64,000 nt of DNA, from positions 78,122,001 through 78,186,000 of the forward strand of contig OZ076409.1 of assembly GCA_964187785.1 (NCBI GenBank). Reading direction: 5' to 3'. The DNA is from Amphiscolops sp. MND2022 (lineage: Eukaryota). Position 1 is the stretch's first letter; every line of letters starts with the position of its first letter. A program made the position numbers and the translations under genes. A model generated the notes under the pieces. That model had not been told where the DNA came from. It made no database searches and saw only the letters and a list, made by a program, of their open reading frames with translations. Of this stretch, positions 47,549 to 61,229 are shown one piece after another.

Positions 47549-49849
47549 CTTTATTTGTATATATATTTATATGAATAAAGTTTTTGATTTGCTCAAAATT
47601 CATTTTCTGAGACGCAATTTAGGCACAATATTAGGCACAAAAGCAGACGCAATGATTGCGCAATATCAAGGCGATATAGACGCAATAAACGCACACCCCT
47701 GATGATCAAGGAACCAGAACGTATCGAAACTGCCGTAAAAATTAGCATACTTGGTTTGAAATTTGTAGCAAAATGAAAACGAAAATGGTTACATGGCAAA
47801 ATTAGGATCCATTAGCAAAAATTAGTTTCGATTTAAATTGCAGAGGGTTAAAAATGCAACAGGTTGAAATTTTCAGCAGTTGAAATTGCATACGATAAAA
47901 TTTCCTGACACCCAAGTTTAGTTATCCCTCCACAGACCACTGCTTGAATATTCAAGATTGAAAATTTGTGGCTAGGAGAGGTAGCTTTCATCATTTCAAC
48001 CTGATCTGTAGCCTGAAATAAGCCTATGCTAATCTTGAATGTCTATTTTCCAAACTTAAAAATTTAAATGTCGTTTTGTAAATTTCGAACGTCCTATACT
48101 GTATTTACCCAATACAACGAGAGTAGGATTTCACGCTTCCGTATCATGTTTTCGGTCCAATTTAACGCTAAAATTTATACAATTCATAGCATCTTTTCCT
48201 TTGGCATTCGTATACGAGAACAAGAATTGCTTCAGAGTTGCGAAATCCAAATTGTGAGGCTCGAGGAGTTTCCCGCGATCTGCAGTAAATCGCTCAATCG
48301 CCGCTGATGAGGAAATTGTTGACCTGGTTCTTCAGCGTAAAAACAAAAGGCGCTAAGCAAAAGAGCAGTTACGTCAGCCCTTGAGTCCCAGCATTTAAAA
48401 ATAGTATACTCGAATTCTGATCCCACATTCGATATCTTTTTATAAGCGCGAGTGTTGAACTTTACAGAAAATAAAAACAGCGAATATACACAAATCAGCG
48501 AGTCACGTGGCTTTCACTTCTCCAACTTCAATACTCGAAGTGCCAAAGTTTTCAGCTCCATTGATGCTCAGTCACAAATCCAAAAATATTCTGCTTCTGT
48601 GAGCTTATGCAAAAGATTTATTTATTTCAGTTGGAAAAGTTTATTATTCCAGTGTCAGAATAAAAAAAGCTAAAGAACGTTTGGAATAAGAAATTCATAA
48701 AGCAAAAATTGAATAGCATTTTAGAGTTATAAACAGGTGAGACCGGTAAAAATTTTTTACCTGCCATGGTTGAAAACAAGCGTTGGTTAGTGTTAAAAAC
48801 TCTTTCAAGACTTTCTTCTGCTGCGAGGGTCACTCAGTTGAGTTAGAAAGAAATGAAGCAACCAGTAGTCAGTCAAGAGTGCCATCCTCTCGAGGATTGA
48901 AAACGAATCGAGTGGGAAACGAATGCACAGAATTGTTCTTACAGTGAACATATTCTGCTCTTTTGACATGATGCTCTCCTAGAGATGGTTGCTGCTTCTA
49001 CTTGTACATCACATTGCAACAATCTGAAAAAGGTTTTTTCAAGACGTAAATTACTTTGGAAAACGGGAGAAAATAACAGAGCATGGATGAAAGAATTACA
49101 AAAAGGAACCAAAACACGTATCCAAAAAAAAACGAAAAAGAAAAGTAAACAAGACGCCTGCTGACAAGCGGGATATTTTCCGCCCCTGAAGAAATCAGCA
49201 TGTTCTTAAGGATCGAGCGTGAAAATATTTACACCTTCCAATTCATTTCACGCCTTGCTTGGAAAGAAGCTTTCTCCAAATAAATTATGCAAAGAAGTCA
49301 ACTTTTTCTTATTGAACTCCATGAACATTCATACTTCAAAAACATGGGAGGATTATCAAGCGAAGCATAAAACGTCGAAAAAAGACAATTTATGGCTCTT
49401 GATTGGGCATTTCGTGTGAATAAAATGCGTTATTGTCAGCTTTAATATTTTGAGAAAATGTTGAACAGACTAGTCTCGTGCCTTTGAGCGCTGTGATCAT
49501 ACATCCACACATAAAAGCTCGGAAAATGTACGGAAATGGACTAACAGGGTTGGAATTGGAGAAAAATTGCCATCAAATTGTCAAAATCAAAACTTTCTGA
49601 TTCTTGGCAATTTTACGATCATTTCTTAAACTACGTTTCTATCCAAAAGAGTATGCTACATAGGTAATTATTTCATTTCCAAACACTGTGTGCAATAATA
49701 CCCAAAAAGAAGCAGAAGTCGGACAAAATTGCATCAGCATATCAAAATGAAGGAACTTTTTTCCTATTTTTGTGCGTTTAAAGGCTTTTTCAATATTAAA
49801 ATATCTGATGGCTCTATTGAATGACTTTTTCAATTGATGTTTTCTTGTG

Positions 49850-52800
49850 ACAATTTTTCAAACCGACAAAACTTATCCCCTATGGAAGTATACTGAAGTA
49901 GGCCATTTTGAGAGTTACAGACTTTTGAAAAGTTAAAATGCTAGAAATAACCAACAATTTTTCAAACCGAGAGAATTTATCCCCTATGGAATAACACTAA
50001 AGTAAGCCATTTTGAGAGTTAAAGACATTTGAAAAGTTAAAATGCTGGAAATAATCAACAATTTTTAAAACCCAGAGGACTTATCACCTATGGAATTACA
50101 CTAAAGTGAGTCATTTTGAATTAGGACAAATAAAAACCTAAAATGCTTGACATAATCAACAATTTTTCAAACCGACAGAACTTATCCCCTATGGAAGTAT
50201 ACTGAAGTAGGCCATTTTGAGAGTTACAGACTTTTGAAAAGTTAAAATGCTAGAAATAACCAACAATTATTCAAACCGAGAGAATTTATCCCCTACGGAA
50301 GTACACTAAAGTAAGCGATTTTGAGAGTTAAAGACATTTGAAAAGCTAAAATGCTGGAAATAATCAACAATTTTTCAAACCGACAGGACTTATCCTCTAT
50401 GGAAGTATACTGAAGTAAGCAATTTTGAGAGTTAAAGACATTTGAAAAGTTAAATTGCTGGACATAATCAACAATTTTTCAAACCGACAGAACTTATCCC
50501 CCATGGAAGTACACCAAAATAAGCCATTGTGAGAGTTAAAGACATTTGAAAAGTTAAAATGCTGGAAATAATCAACAATTTTTCAAACCGAGAGAACTTA
50601 TCCCCTATGGAAGTACACTAAAGTAAGCCCTTTTGAGAGTAAAAGACATTTGAAAAGTTAAATTGCTGGACATAATCAACAATTTTTCAAACCGAGAGAA
50701 CTTATCCCCTATGGAAGTATACTGAAGTAAACCATTTTGAGAGTAAAAGACATTCGAAAAGTTAAATTACTGGACCTAATCAACGATTTTTCAAACCGAC
50801 AGAACTTATCCCATATGGAAGTATACTGAAGTAAGCCATTTTGAGAGGTATAGACATTTGAAAAGTTAAAATGCTGCAAATATTCAACAATTTTTCAAAC
50901 CGAGAGAACTTATCCCCTAAGGGAGTACACTGAAGTAAGCTATTTTGAGTTAAAGACAAATAAAATCCTAAAATGCTTGACATTATCAACAATTTTCCAA
51001 ACCGGCAGAACTTATACCCTATGGAAGTATACTGAAGTAAGCCATTTTGAGAGTTAAAACATTTGAAAGTTGAAATGCTGCAAATAGTCAACAGTTTTTC
51101 AAACCGAGAAAATTTATCCCCTATGGGAGTACACTATAGTAAGCCATTTTGAGTTAAAGACAAATAAAAACCTAAAATGCTTGACATAATCAACAATTTT
51201 CCAAACCGGCAGAACTTATACCCTATGGAAGTATACTGAAGTAAGCCATTTTGAGAGTTAAAGACATTTGAAAAGTTAAAATGCTGGAAATAATCAACAA
51301 TTTTTCAAACCGAGAGAACTTATCCCCTATGGAAGTACACTAAAGTAAGCCCTTTTGAGAGTAAAAGACATTTGAAAAGTTAAATTGCTGGACATAATCA
51401 ACAATTTTTCAAACCGAGAGAACTTATCCCCTATGGAAGTATACTGAAGTAAACCATTTTGAGAGTAAAAGACATTCAAAAAGTTAAATTGCTGGACCTA
51501 ATCAACAATTTTTCAAACCGACAGAACTTATCCCATATGGAAGTATACTGAAGTAAGCCATTTTGAGAGGTAAAGACATTTGAAAAGTTAAAATGCTGCA
51601 AATATTCAACAATTTTTCAAACCGAGAGAACTTATCCCCTAAGGAAGTACACTGAAGTAAGCTATTTTGAGTTAAAGACAAATAAAAACCTAAAATGCTT
51701 GACATAATCAACAATTTTCCAAACCGGCAGAACTTGTACCCTATGGAAGTATACTGAAGTAAGCCATTTTGAGAGTTAAAACATTTGAAAAGTTAAAATG
51801 CTGCAAATAGTCAACAATTTTTCAAACCGAGAAAATTTATCCCCTATGGAAGTACACTAAAGTAGGCCATTTTGAGTTAAAGACAAATAAAAACCTAAAA
51901 TGCTTGACATAATCAACAATTTTCCAAACCGGCAGAACTTATACCCTATGGAAGTATACTGAAGTAAGCCATTTTGAGAGTTAAAACATTTGAAAAGTTA
52001 AAATGCTGCAAATAGTCAACAATTTTTCAAACCGAGAAAATTTATCCCCTATGGAAGTACACTAAAGTAAGCCGTTTTGAGAGTTAACGACTTAAATGCT
52101 GGACCTAATCAACAATTTTTCAAACCGACAGAACTTATCCCCTATCGGAGTATACTGAAGTAAGCCATTTTGAGAATTAGACATTTGAAAAGTTAAAATG
52201 CTGGAAATAATCAACAATTTTTCAAACCGAGAGAACTTATTCCATATAGAAGTACACTAAAGTAAACCATTTTGAGAGTTAAAGACAAATAAAAAACTAA
52301 AATGTTGGACATAATCAACAATTTTTCAAACAGACAACTTATTCCCTATGGAAGTACACTTAAAGTAAGCCATTTTGAGACTTTAAGGCAAATAAAAAAC
52401 TAAAATGCTGGACATAATCAACAATTTTTCAAACCGGCAGAACTTATACCCTATGGAAGTATACTGAAGTAAACCATTTTGAGAGTAAAAGACATTCAAA
52501 AAGTTAAATTGCTGGACCTAATCAACAATTTTTCAAACCGACAGAACTTATCCCATATGGAAGTATACTGAAGTAAGCCATTTTGAGAGGTAAAGACATT
52601 TGAAAAGTTAAAATGCTGCAAATATTCAACAATTTTTCAAACCGAGAGAACTTATCCCCTAAGGAAGTACACTGAAGTAAGCTATTTTGAGTTAAAGACA
52701 AATAAAAACCTAAAATGCTTGACATAATCAACAATTTTCCAAACCGGCAGAACTTATACCCTATGGAAGTATACTGAAGTAAGCCATTTTGAGAGTTGAA

Positions 52801-54197
52801 GACATTTGAAAAGTTAAAATGCTGGAAATAATCAACAATTTTTCAAACCGAGAGAACTTATCCCCTATGGAAGTACACTAAAGTAAGCCCTTTTGAGAGT
52901 AAAAGACATTTGAAAAGTTAAATTGCTGGACATAATCAACAATTTTTCAAACCGAGAGAACTTATCCCCTATGGAAGTATACTGAAGTAAACCATTTTGA
53001 GAGTAAAAGACATTCAAAAAGTTAAATTGCTGGACCTAATCAACAATTTTTCAAACCGACAGAACTTATCCCATATGGAAGTATACTGAAGTAAGCCATT
53101 TTGAGAGGTAAAGACATTTGAAAAGTTAAAATGCTGCAAATATTCAACAATTTTTCAAACCGAGAGAACTTATCCCCTAAGGAAGTACACTGAAGTAAGC
53201 TATTTTGAGTTAAAGACAAATAAAAACCTAAAATGCTTGACATAATCAACAATTTTCTAAACCGGCAGAACTTATACCCTATGGAAGTATACTGAAGTAA
53301 GCCATTTTGAGAGTTAAAACATTTGAAAAGTTAAAATGCTGCAAATAGTCAACAATTTTTCAAACCGAGAAAATTTATCCCCTATGGAAGTACACTAAAG
53401 TAAGCCATTTTGAGTTAAAGACAAATAAAAACCTAAAATGCTTGACATAATCAACAATTTTCCAAACCGGCAGAACTTATACCCTATGGAAGTATACTGA
53501 AGTAAGCCATTTTGAGAGTTAAAACATTTGAAAAGTTAAAATGCTGCAAATAGTCAACAATTTTTCAAACCGAGAAAATTTATCCCCTATGGAAGTACAC
53601 TAAAGTAAGCCGTTTTGAGAGTTAACGACTTAAATGCTGGACCTAATCAACAATTTTTCAAACCGACAGAACTTATCCCCTATCGGAGTATACTGAAGTA
53701 AGCCATTTTGAGAATTAGACATTTGAAAAGTTAAAATGCTGGAAATAATCAACAATTTTTCAAACCGAGAGAACTTATTCCATATAGAAGTACACTAAAG
53801 TAAACCATTTTGAGAGTTAAAGACAAATAAAAAACTAAAATGTTGGACATAATCAACAATTTTTCAAACAGACAGAACTTATTCCCTATGGAAGTACACT
53901 TAAAGTAAGCCATTTTGAGACTTTAAGGCAAATAAAAAACTAAAATGCTGGACATAATCAACAATTTTTCAAACCGGCAGAACTTATACCCTATGGAAGT
54001 ATACTGAAGTAAGCCATTTTGAGAGTTAAAGACATTTGAAAAGTTAAAATGCTGGACATAATCAACAATTTTTCAAACCGAAAGGACTTATCCCCTATGG
54101 AAGTAAGCCATTTTGAGAGTTGAAGACATTTGAAAAGCTAAAATGCAGGAAATAATCAACAATTTTTCAAACCGAGAGAACTTATCCCCTATGGAAA
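49850..54197 (+). repeat. Satellite array, ~102-104-bp monomer, ~42 copies
   Basis: CAACAATTTTTCAAACCGA(G/C)AGAACTTATCCCCTATGGAAGTA(C/T)ACT..AGTAAGCCATTTTGAGAGTTAAAGACATTTGAAAAGTTAAAATGCTG recurs at 104-bp spacing (49851, 49955, 50059...). Confidence 0.97.
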
Positions 54198-54287
54198 TTA
54201 CCAATGGTAAAAAGCCAGTTATTCAAAACAATTTTCCAATCAGACGTAGAATGTTCGCTACACTCCGTTTTTATTTTCAATAATAAA

Positions 54288-54750
54288 ATCATATCTGGAA
54301 TATCAATAAACTCCTGTTCAATCATTATTTAGCGCACAATTACATGTAATCACTGTACAAGTTTACACCGCCTTTAATTCTTCTCGGACTAAAGAAAATA
54401 TAACTACTAAGCGTAGACGAAGTTTCGCATTCGCATTTGAATGCAGGCGAAGCTCTCAACGAACGAAAAATTAACACTCATTCGCTTCATCTCAATAACT
54501 CGGGGCAACGAAAGCACAATTACGAACATTCGCTCGCTTCATCTCAATGACGTCAGCATACGAATGGATGATTACCACTCGCTCGTTCCATCGCACTAGA
54601 ATTGAATTGTTGTCGGCAGCTTTCCCACGCTTACACAGTCACTGCCGAACAAAATATCTGAATTATTCAGTATCACGACAAAAGTCGTTCTGAAAAAAAA
54701 GTAGAAAGTTTGAGGTTACAATAATATTCCTGCTAAAGCAGAAATATTAA
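54288..54750 (+). repeat. Dispersed repeat family, copy B
   Basis: Near-identical to 18430-18830, with an extra internal duplicated segment. Confidence 0.85.
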
Positions 54751-55662
54751 TAACCATGAAAGCATCCGAAACTTGTACAGAAATTGTTTAAAACGGTCGA
54801 CATTTGAAAAAAGGTCGATTTTGGGAGCAGTATAATAGCATTTTTTGAACAAACATTTCGCTTTGAAGCAACATTCTTGGTAGTTTGTGGCAACTTGAAG
54901 CTTTCTCAGTATTCTAACCCTCGAAAACGATTAAAAACGAAAAAAGCAATGATAGAAAATTGGGAAGTGGGAAATTTTTTGGGATCGTTTTAGGGCCTTT
55001 TTGTCATTAAATTCCAAATTGCTCCTCGCAAAAGAGCGTCAAAAGTCTGTTCACTTCGTCTTTGAAACATATTATGGCGGTTTAAACCTGTCAAAACGTT
55101 AGAAACTCGTACGGGATAGCTAGCTACGTTGAATTTTCTGGATATTAACCAAAAAGTATTGCCCAAAAAATTCAAGTATTCCGTGTTTTTTTTTGCGACA
55201 CTTCAGATACCTCTGCTGAAAAGCGTCTTGGATAGCACGTTTCTTCGTCATGGAAGATTTTGGGTATCCCATATCAGGGAAATGTGAAACAATTTGAAAA
55301 GTTTTAGAAAAGTCGAGAAATTGATAAGTACATCAATTTTTTGGGATTATTTTAGGGCCTTTTCATCGATAAAGTCGAGTATTTCGTGGTTAATTTGAGG
55401 GACTTTTCCAATACAGTTATTCGGATTCCTTATCAAAAATCATCCTGGATAACTGGTTCCTTTGTCTCGGAACTTTTTCGATATTCTAACCAACGAAAAT
55501 ATTCGAAAACTGTACAACAATTGCACCAAAAGTTGAAAATTGACACAGAGGCGAAGCGGCGCTTCGCAACACATGACGAAGACATCGATTATTTTAATAT
55601 GCGTATATATATTATTTTAATCACATGCGTATATATTCAACAGTTCAACTTTGTTCAATAAC

Positions 55663-55733
55663 GTCCCTATGGCACAGTGGTCAACACTTATGCAGTGCAA
55701 TCGGGAGGCTGCAGGTTCGAACCTCTCTGGGGT
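55663..55733 (+). ncRNA. tRNA-derived (SINE-like) sequence
   Basis: A-box TGGCACAGTGG, B-box GGTTCGAACC, T-run after; anticodon arm unpaired; ~110 bp from a HINE-type hairpin at 55543-55567. Confidence 0.5.
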
Positions 55734-55821
55734 TTTGGCTTTTTTCTAAAAGGCGCTCATTATGAAGTTGACTATAGTGGAAAAAAACTTACTTAGCTGG
55801 ACTGCAATGCACATTGACTTC

Positions 55822-56250
55822 GGAGGCTATTCATTGAGTCGAAATTAAACAAAAGTATTCAGAGCGTCGAAATTAAAGTTCGCTATTCATCGCGTCGAAA
55901 AAATCCATATCAGCGATTATTTTCAGGTTATTATTTGAAGATGTAAGCATATTTGTTGTATGGCTCGGTCGCTTCGCTCCATTCGCCAAGTAGCAACATT
56001 GAGGCATGGCCATATGGCACGTCGCTCCGCTTCGCTTCGCTCCTGCATTTAGGGCACTAGGAGTATGTGAACATAGCTGACTACGTTATCGTAATTAGTT
56101 CGATGCTGTGTAGCACACAAATGCAACAAATTTAATTCTTTCCTATTTCAATTTTCAACCAATCAGAAGCGTTTAATAATTATTTTTCGGCGCGATGAAT
56201 AGCTTGCAAAATTTCGACGCTTTGAATATTCGACGCTTTGGGAATCCGCC
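55822..56250. mobile_element. Mutator-like MITE
   Basis: 9-bp TSD ATTGACTTC (55813-55821, 56251-56259); inverted GTCGAAAT/ATTTCGAC subrepeats; shared internal core. Confidence 0.75.
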
Positions 56251-56359
56251 ATTGACTTCGTCATGTGCAAAAAGGTTTCGAAATTTTTGACTTTTTGGTA
56301 ATTCTGGGGTTTGTCAGTTGAATCCTATCCTACAGGTTCACCCTTCAATGTGGGTATGA

Positions 56360-57780
56360 TGTCGACAGAATCCTATCTTTTACATTAATTCACAGTTGTA
56401 AATAGCTAATTTTAATTTATGGCAGAGAAAATTTGCGTTAAAATAGGGGCTTTCCTATAGAATTTTAGCTTGTTCCAGAGGTGATTTTTTTTTGCTTTTT
56501 TGTCAGAAATGTTTTTAATCCGGATAATTCTTTGCTCCAAATGCCGAAACAACTATACAGACAATCCTCTAAATATTTATAGCCATATCAATTTCTTTCT
56601 TCGCCTAAAAAGTTTTTTCAAGCATGAAAGTGGCTTTTGTGTTGGGGGAAATAAAAAACAAGGTGTATCTAGGGGGGAATAAGAAACATGGTCCAAACAA
56701 ACAGTATAATTGCAACTGGAAATGAAACAATGAAAGGTTTCTGCATAAAAAATTTTTGCCGTTCAAGATATTGTTCCATGAAAAAGGTTCAGCATAAACG
56801 CTACGGTCGTAAAGCAACAATTCGTCCTAAGGGACAATTCGTCACCGACGCCAGTTCGTCCCATTTTGAAAAGGCGACAATTCGTCTCAATAATTAAAAG
56901 CTGCAATTCGTCCCCAATTTAATTGCCAATTGATACTTTGTAATAATGAACCGGAAATATTATATTTAGAGGCAGGAACCAAAAATGAACACAAATTAAT
57001 AGGGCCTCATTTTGGCAAACTGGATATTCTTCTTTCGCATTCTTCGGTATTTCAAGACTAGTACGTTAAAATGCAATACTCAATCATTAATCATTTCTAC
57101 TATTAGAACTATTTGCTCAATTCTTTATGGCTTCCATCTTCAAAAGGTTGTTAATTAGCTGATCAATTGAACAATTTAAGACGAATTGTCGCTTTTTTTG
57201 AACGGCGTACTCAACTCCAAATTTGGACCATTCATGTGTCTCATCCCCCCACCCTCAAGCGGATGCCGGGGGGGATAAGACATAAGTTTCGAAAACCATT
57301 ATGTCGACATCGTTTGCGTTGAAATTTTGGTCAAATAAAATAATTTATGTCGACATAATCCTATCTTTTACAATGTCTGCCTGTTAAAAGTTGCTCATTA
57401 GATTTTATCGCGGAGAAAATTTGCGTTGAAATAAGGCCTTTCGGTACGATTTTAGCTTGTTCCAACCGTGAATTTTTGCTATTTTGGATTACTTTTTGGA
57501 CAATAATATCAAAAAATTAGGGTCATTTTTCTGGAAGTGTCAAAACAGCTGTAAAGACAATCCACTAAAATATTTACATTCATAAAATATTATCTTATTA
57601 GTGAAAAATTTTTATTCAAGAACAAAATGTGTTTTCGTGTGGGGGATTCGAAATTGGAGGCGAGATTTTACTGTAGAAGACGTCTATGCAAGAAAAATTG
57701 ACGGCCTCAACGGTTTGACAAAGAAAGAGTAACGCAAAAGGTGGACATGGGCGGGGATAAGACACAGGTCCCAAAATTTT
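56360..57780. repeat. Two diverged copies of a ~330-430-bp repeat with an intervening MITE-like fragment
   Basis: GTCGACA(G/T)AATCCTATCTTTT at 56362 and 57349, each ending near GGGG(G)ATAAGA.ACA.GGTCC.AAA. Confidence 0.55.
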
Positions 57781-58932
57781 ACACTGCTAAGACAATGATA
57801 CATATTCCGTTTTTCTTATCGCTGTTTTCAGGGAGTTTACATGTATTTCCTTTCGTCAGCTTACATGTATTTGAGACGAAAAGAATGGATATGAAAAACG
57901 ATTTTGATTGGTTGGCTTGAGATGTGAAATATCGCTTTGATTCAGCATTTAATACAGCAAAGCCAATGACGTCAGAATAATACGTGACTGGAGAACACAA
58001 ACACCGAATAATTTATTCTTTTGCTTCGCTCTTGACAGAACGGGATAAATATGAATAGCAATTAACAAGACTGAGTTACTTGATCATCCTTGTTAAATAC
58101 AGATATTAAACGACATTGGTTAAATGCAGCAAACTGACTACACGATATGTGCAATTATCCAAGTTGTTTCTCATTTAAAAACAGTCCTAGACATGCCTTT
58201 TCTAATCACTATTTAATAAGTTTAATAAGTTTTGAAGTTGGCTTCCTAAAAGCTGACAAAAGTTACTGAAAGCTGGTGAAACTTCAGTTTGTCGAACATT
58301 CAAATCGTCGAAAAATGAAAAGCTATTCAATGCGTCGATAAAAAATTCATATAAAAAATTTATATCAGCGATTAATTTCATGTGGTTATATTTTGTGGCG
58401 ATTAGCATATTTGTTGTATGGCTCGGTCGCTTCGCTCCCTTGGCGAAGTAGCAATATTGAGGCATGGCCATATGGCACGTCGCTTCGCTTCTGCATTTAT
58501 GGCACCATTTGGACAGCAGGAGTATGCGAACATAGCTGACTAGGGGACATTTGAAAACTCTTTTCTTTTCATCTTTGAACGGACTTCGTTCCGGTCCGCC
58601 CGCGTCAGCCAATCAGATTGCAGAGAAAGAAGTGTCCAATAATTATTTTTCGGGTATGGATTAATTCGGTGGGGAATTAACAAAAGATCCAAAACTTCTA
58701 GGGCAAATGAAAGAAATTGATATGGCTTTTAATACTTAGGTGTTCCTGGGGGAAGGGGTTAAAACATGCTCCGAACAAACTATAATCCGTGTTTATTAGT
58801 CAACTGAACGCAAATTTCAGTTTCGGCGGCTGGAGTCTCGTTTTTAAAAAAGATACCAGATATGAGAAAAAATTTACAATTTCACAACTAATGCAAGAGA
58901 AAAGTTTTGCTACAAAACACTATTTTCAATTT

Positions 58933-59289
58933 TCACAGCTTCTTGGCCTTTCTCATGTTCATTTGCAGGTTGGCGATTACATTGAACGTATCAGGGAACA
59001 GAATGTACCTTATATTACACGAGCGAATATGAACATTGTCAACAGTTAACCGTGGCTGATATTTCGTGTTACTACATCGAGAGATCGGGGGGAGACAGAT
59101 AGCGTTTTTCAAACTGATGTCCATATAAGGCGATACTTGATCAACTTCGCCCCGGATGCGCATTTCACTGTTCAATTCAACTGTGGTCACGTGGCCTTCT
59201 AGGGGCTTCAAGGCCGAGAACAAAGTATTTCGGAAAGGCGCCTTAAGTGGAACTCGTTTTGATTCGACGTCATCAACGGTGCAATTCAT
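58933..59289 (-). CDS. LSM10: U7 snRNA-associated Sm-like protein LSm10
   Basis: NTLFSALKPLEGHVTTVELNSEMRIRGEVDQVSPYMDISL...DNVHIRSCNIRYILFPDTFNV aligns with the recalled LSm10 pattern [57 protein letters not shown]. Intact single-exon ORF. Confidence 0.82.
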   Translation of the reverse strand: MNCTVDDVESKRVPLKAPFRNTLFSALKPLEGHVTTVELNSEMRIRGEVDQVSPYMDISLKNAICLPPISRCSNTKYQPRLTVDNVHIRSCNIRYILFPDTFNVIANLQMNMRKAKKL

Positions 59290-60597
59290 GGTAGGTATCT
59301 GAAAATCAAACGCTGCATAAAGACTGGTCAGTACAGTAAGAAATCAGTACTGGTCAGTACAGTTCCGTTAAGAAGGCAGGTTTCCAATTTGATTTCTGAA
59401 TGTTTTTGAATATACGTGAACTGGTTTTCAGATTTGTAGAAGCATTCGTTTCAGTTGAGTTACCTTCTGGAAGGTCTCCAATTTTTCTGTTACGGACGTC
59501 TTGTACAGTAAAATCTCGCCTCAAATTTCGTTTCAACAAGTCTGTTGTCATTTGCCGATTGAGTAATACCAATAAAAGTTAGATGAAACGAAGAAGCAAC
59601 TTTTATGAACTATCTCATGGGTTCGCATTCTGTGCAACAATCGAGGCAAATTTTTCAGTTTAGAAAGAATGGACCCGAGTCTGAAATTTAGACAAACTGA
59701 AAATTTTTATAGGAAACATTGTTTGTCATAATTTTGTAATCATTCAGTTGAATGTTTTGTTAGCAGTCTAACGGATATTGTATATCATAAGTATATCACC
59801 GTGACAAACATTGCGCTTCTACTAGCGTAGATCAAAGTGGAAGCGTTTTCAGCAAAAAGGCCAAAAAGTTGGAAAAATCTAATTATTTATTAATCATAGA
59901 ATTTTCATTCAATTAAATTGTATGTTTAAATTCAAAACAGTGATTTCAACTGTAAATAGCACCGAAGAAGTAATTTGTAGTTGATTGACAATCAAGTTAT
60001 GGGGAAAAATTTGTGAAAGTTAAGTTTGAAAGTTGACACCCTCCTATTTTGAGACAAACTGAATGAGAATAAACTATTTCCAAATTGTTTGACAAAAAAT
60101 GTACATTACGGGAAAGTCGTAGTGAAAATTCTTAGAACTTGAATTAATGTAGGAAAAGTAGTTTTGGGAAGTTCCCGTGGAGTTCAATGTGGAATCTGAT
60201 TTTCACCCGTGAATTTGACTTGAACTCACTGTGAATGTCTGTCACCCCTGATTTCAAGATGGTTTTTAGCTGGATGTACATTTTCTGTTGTCAAAAATCT
60301 GTGACTGAGCATTATTTTCAGTCATCGCATTCGATTCACGAAACAGTTTCTCAAGGCCAAGAATTTTTTTATTGGCATAAAATTAGGTGGTAGATGGATG
60401 CAATGGCTGATTAGATGAACTATTTCAGGACAACAGATACTAAGTAACAAAAATTCTACTGAAAAATAGTGAATTCTTTAAAGTTGAAATGATCTGCAAA
60501 ATTTTCTAAACCTCACTAATCATCAAGCAAAATCCAAGCAGTCAATAACAAACATACAACACAATATCAAGAATTTGATAAGTTCGGCATTGTGGTG

Positions 60598-60705
<108 letters not shown>

Positions 60706-61229
60706 TCAAGAATTTGATAAGTTAGCTAACACAAAAATGTAACAGTTCACGTAATTAATACTTTTTACACAGTGTCGATCTTGACTCTTGATTCCTTTTT
60801 TGGTGGTCCAAATTTGTGATCCAGAAAAAAATGTCCGATGTGATGAATATAGACATAACGATTATGACACCGCCAATAAGTTAAAAGGGAATGAAACCAG
60901 TTGGGCGATTTTATTAGCGGCTTTGCACAAACCAGTGCATAATACGACTTATTGCACAATCAAATAATGCACAAAGAGAATGAGTAAGATCTACCAAGGA
61001 AACCATGGTTTTGTGTGAGTTCCCTGAAACTGATCAACGAACCGTATGAGCTCTAGTTTTACCCAAACAGGACAGGTGATAACTCCCATGCACTCGCCAA
61101 GACAAAGAGCCACAGTCTAACAACACATGGATCATTGTTTTTGAAAAAAAACGACAGTTAAAAAACTAGGGCTGCATAATTAACGATGACACAACGACGA
61201 CTCTAAACAAACGAAAAACTGCAGAACTA

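Larger units (their letters stand above)
45796..47701 (+). mobile_element. hAT-superfamily DNA transposon
   Basis: TIRs CATGGGTGTGCGTTGATTGCGT / ACGCAATAAACGCACACCCCTG; 8-bp TSD GTGATCAA/ATGATCAA (one mismatch); subterminal CGCAAT repeats; sits inside another inverted-repeat element (~45590-47900). Confidence 0.88.

Noticed and set aside
49850..54197. CRISPR-like array or repeated 70-aa ORFs
   Set aside because: Eukaryotic context, no unique spacers and no cas genes; the ORFs are by-products of the satellite.
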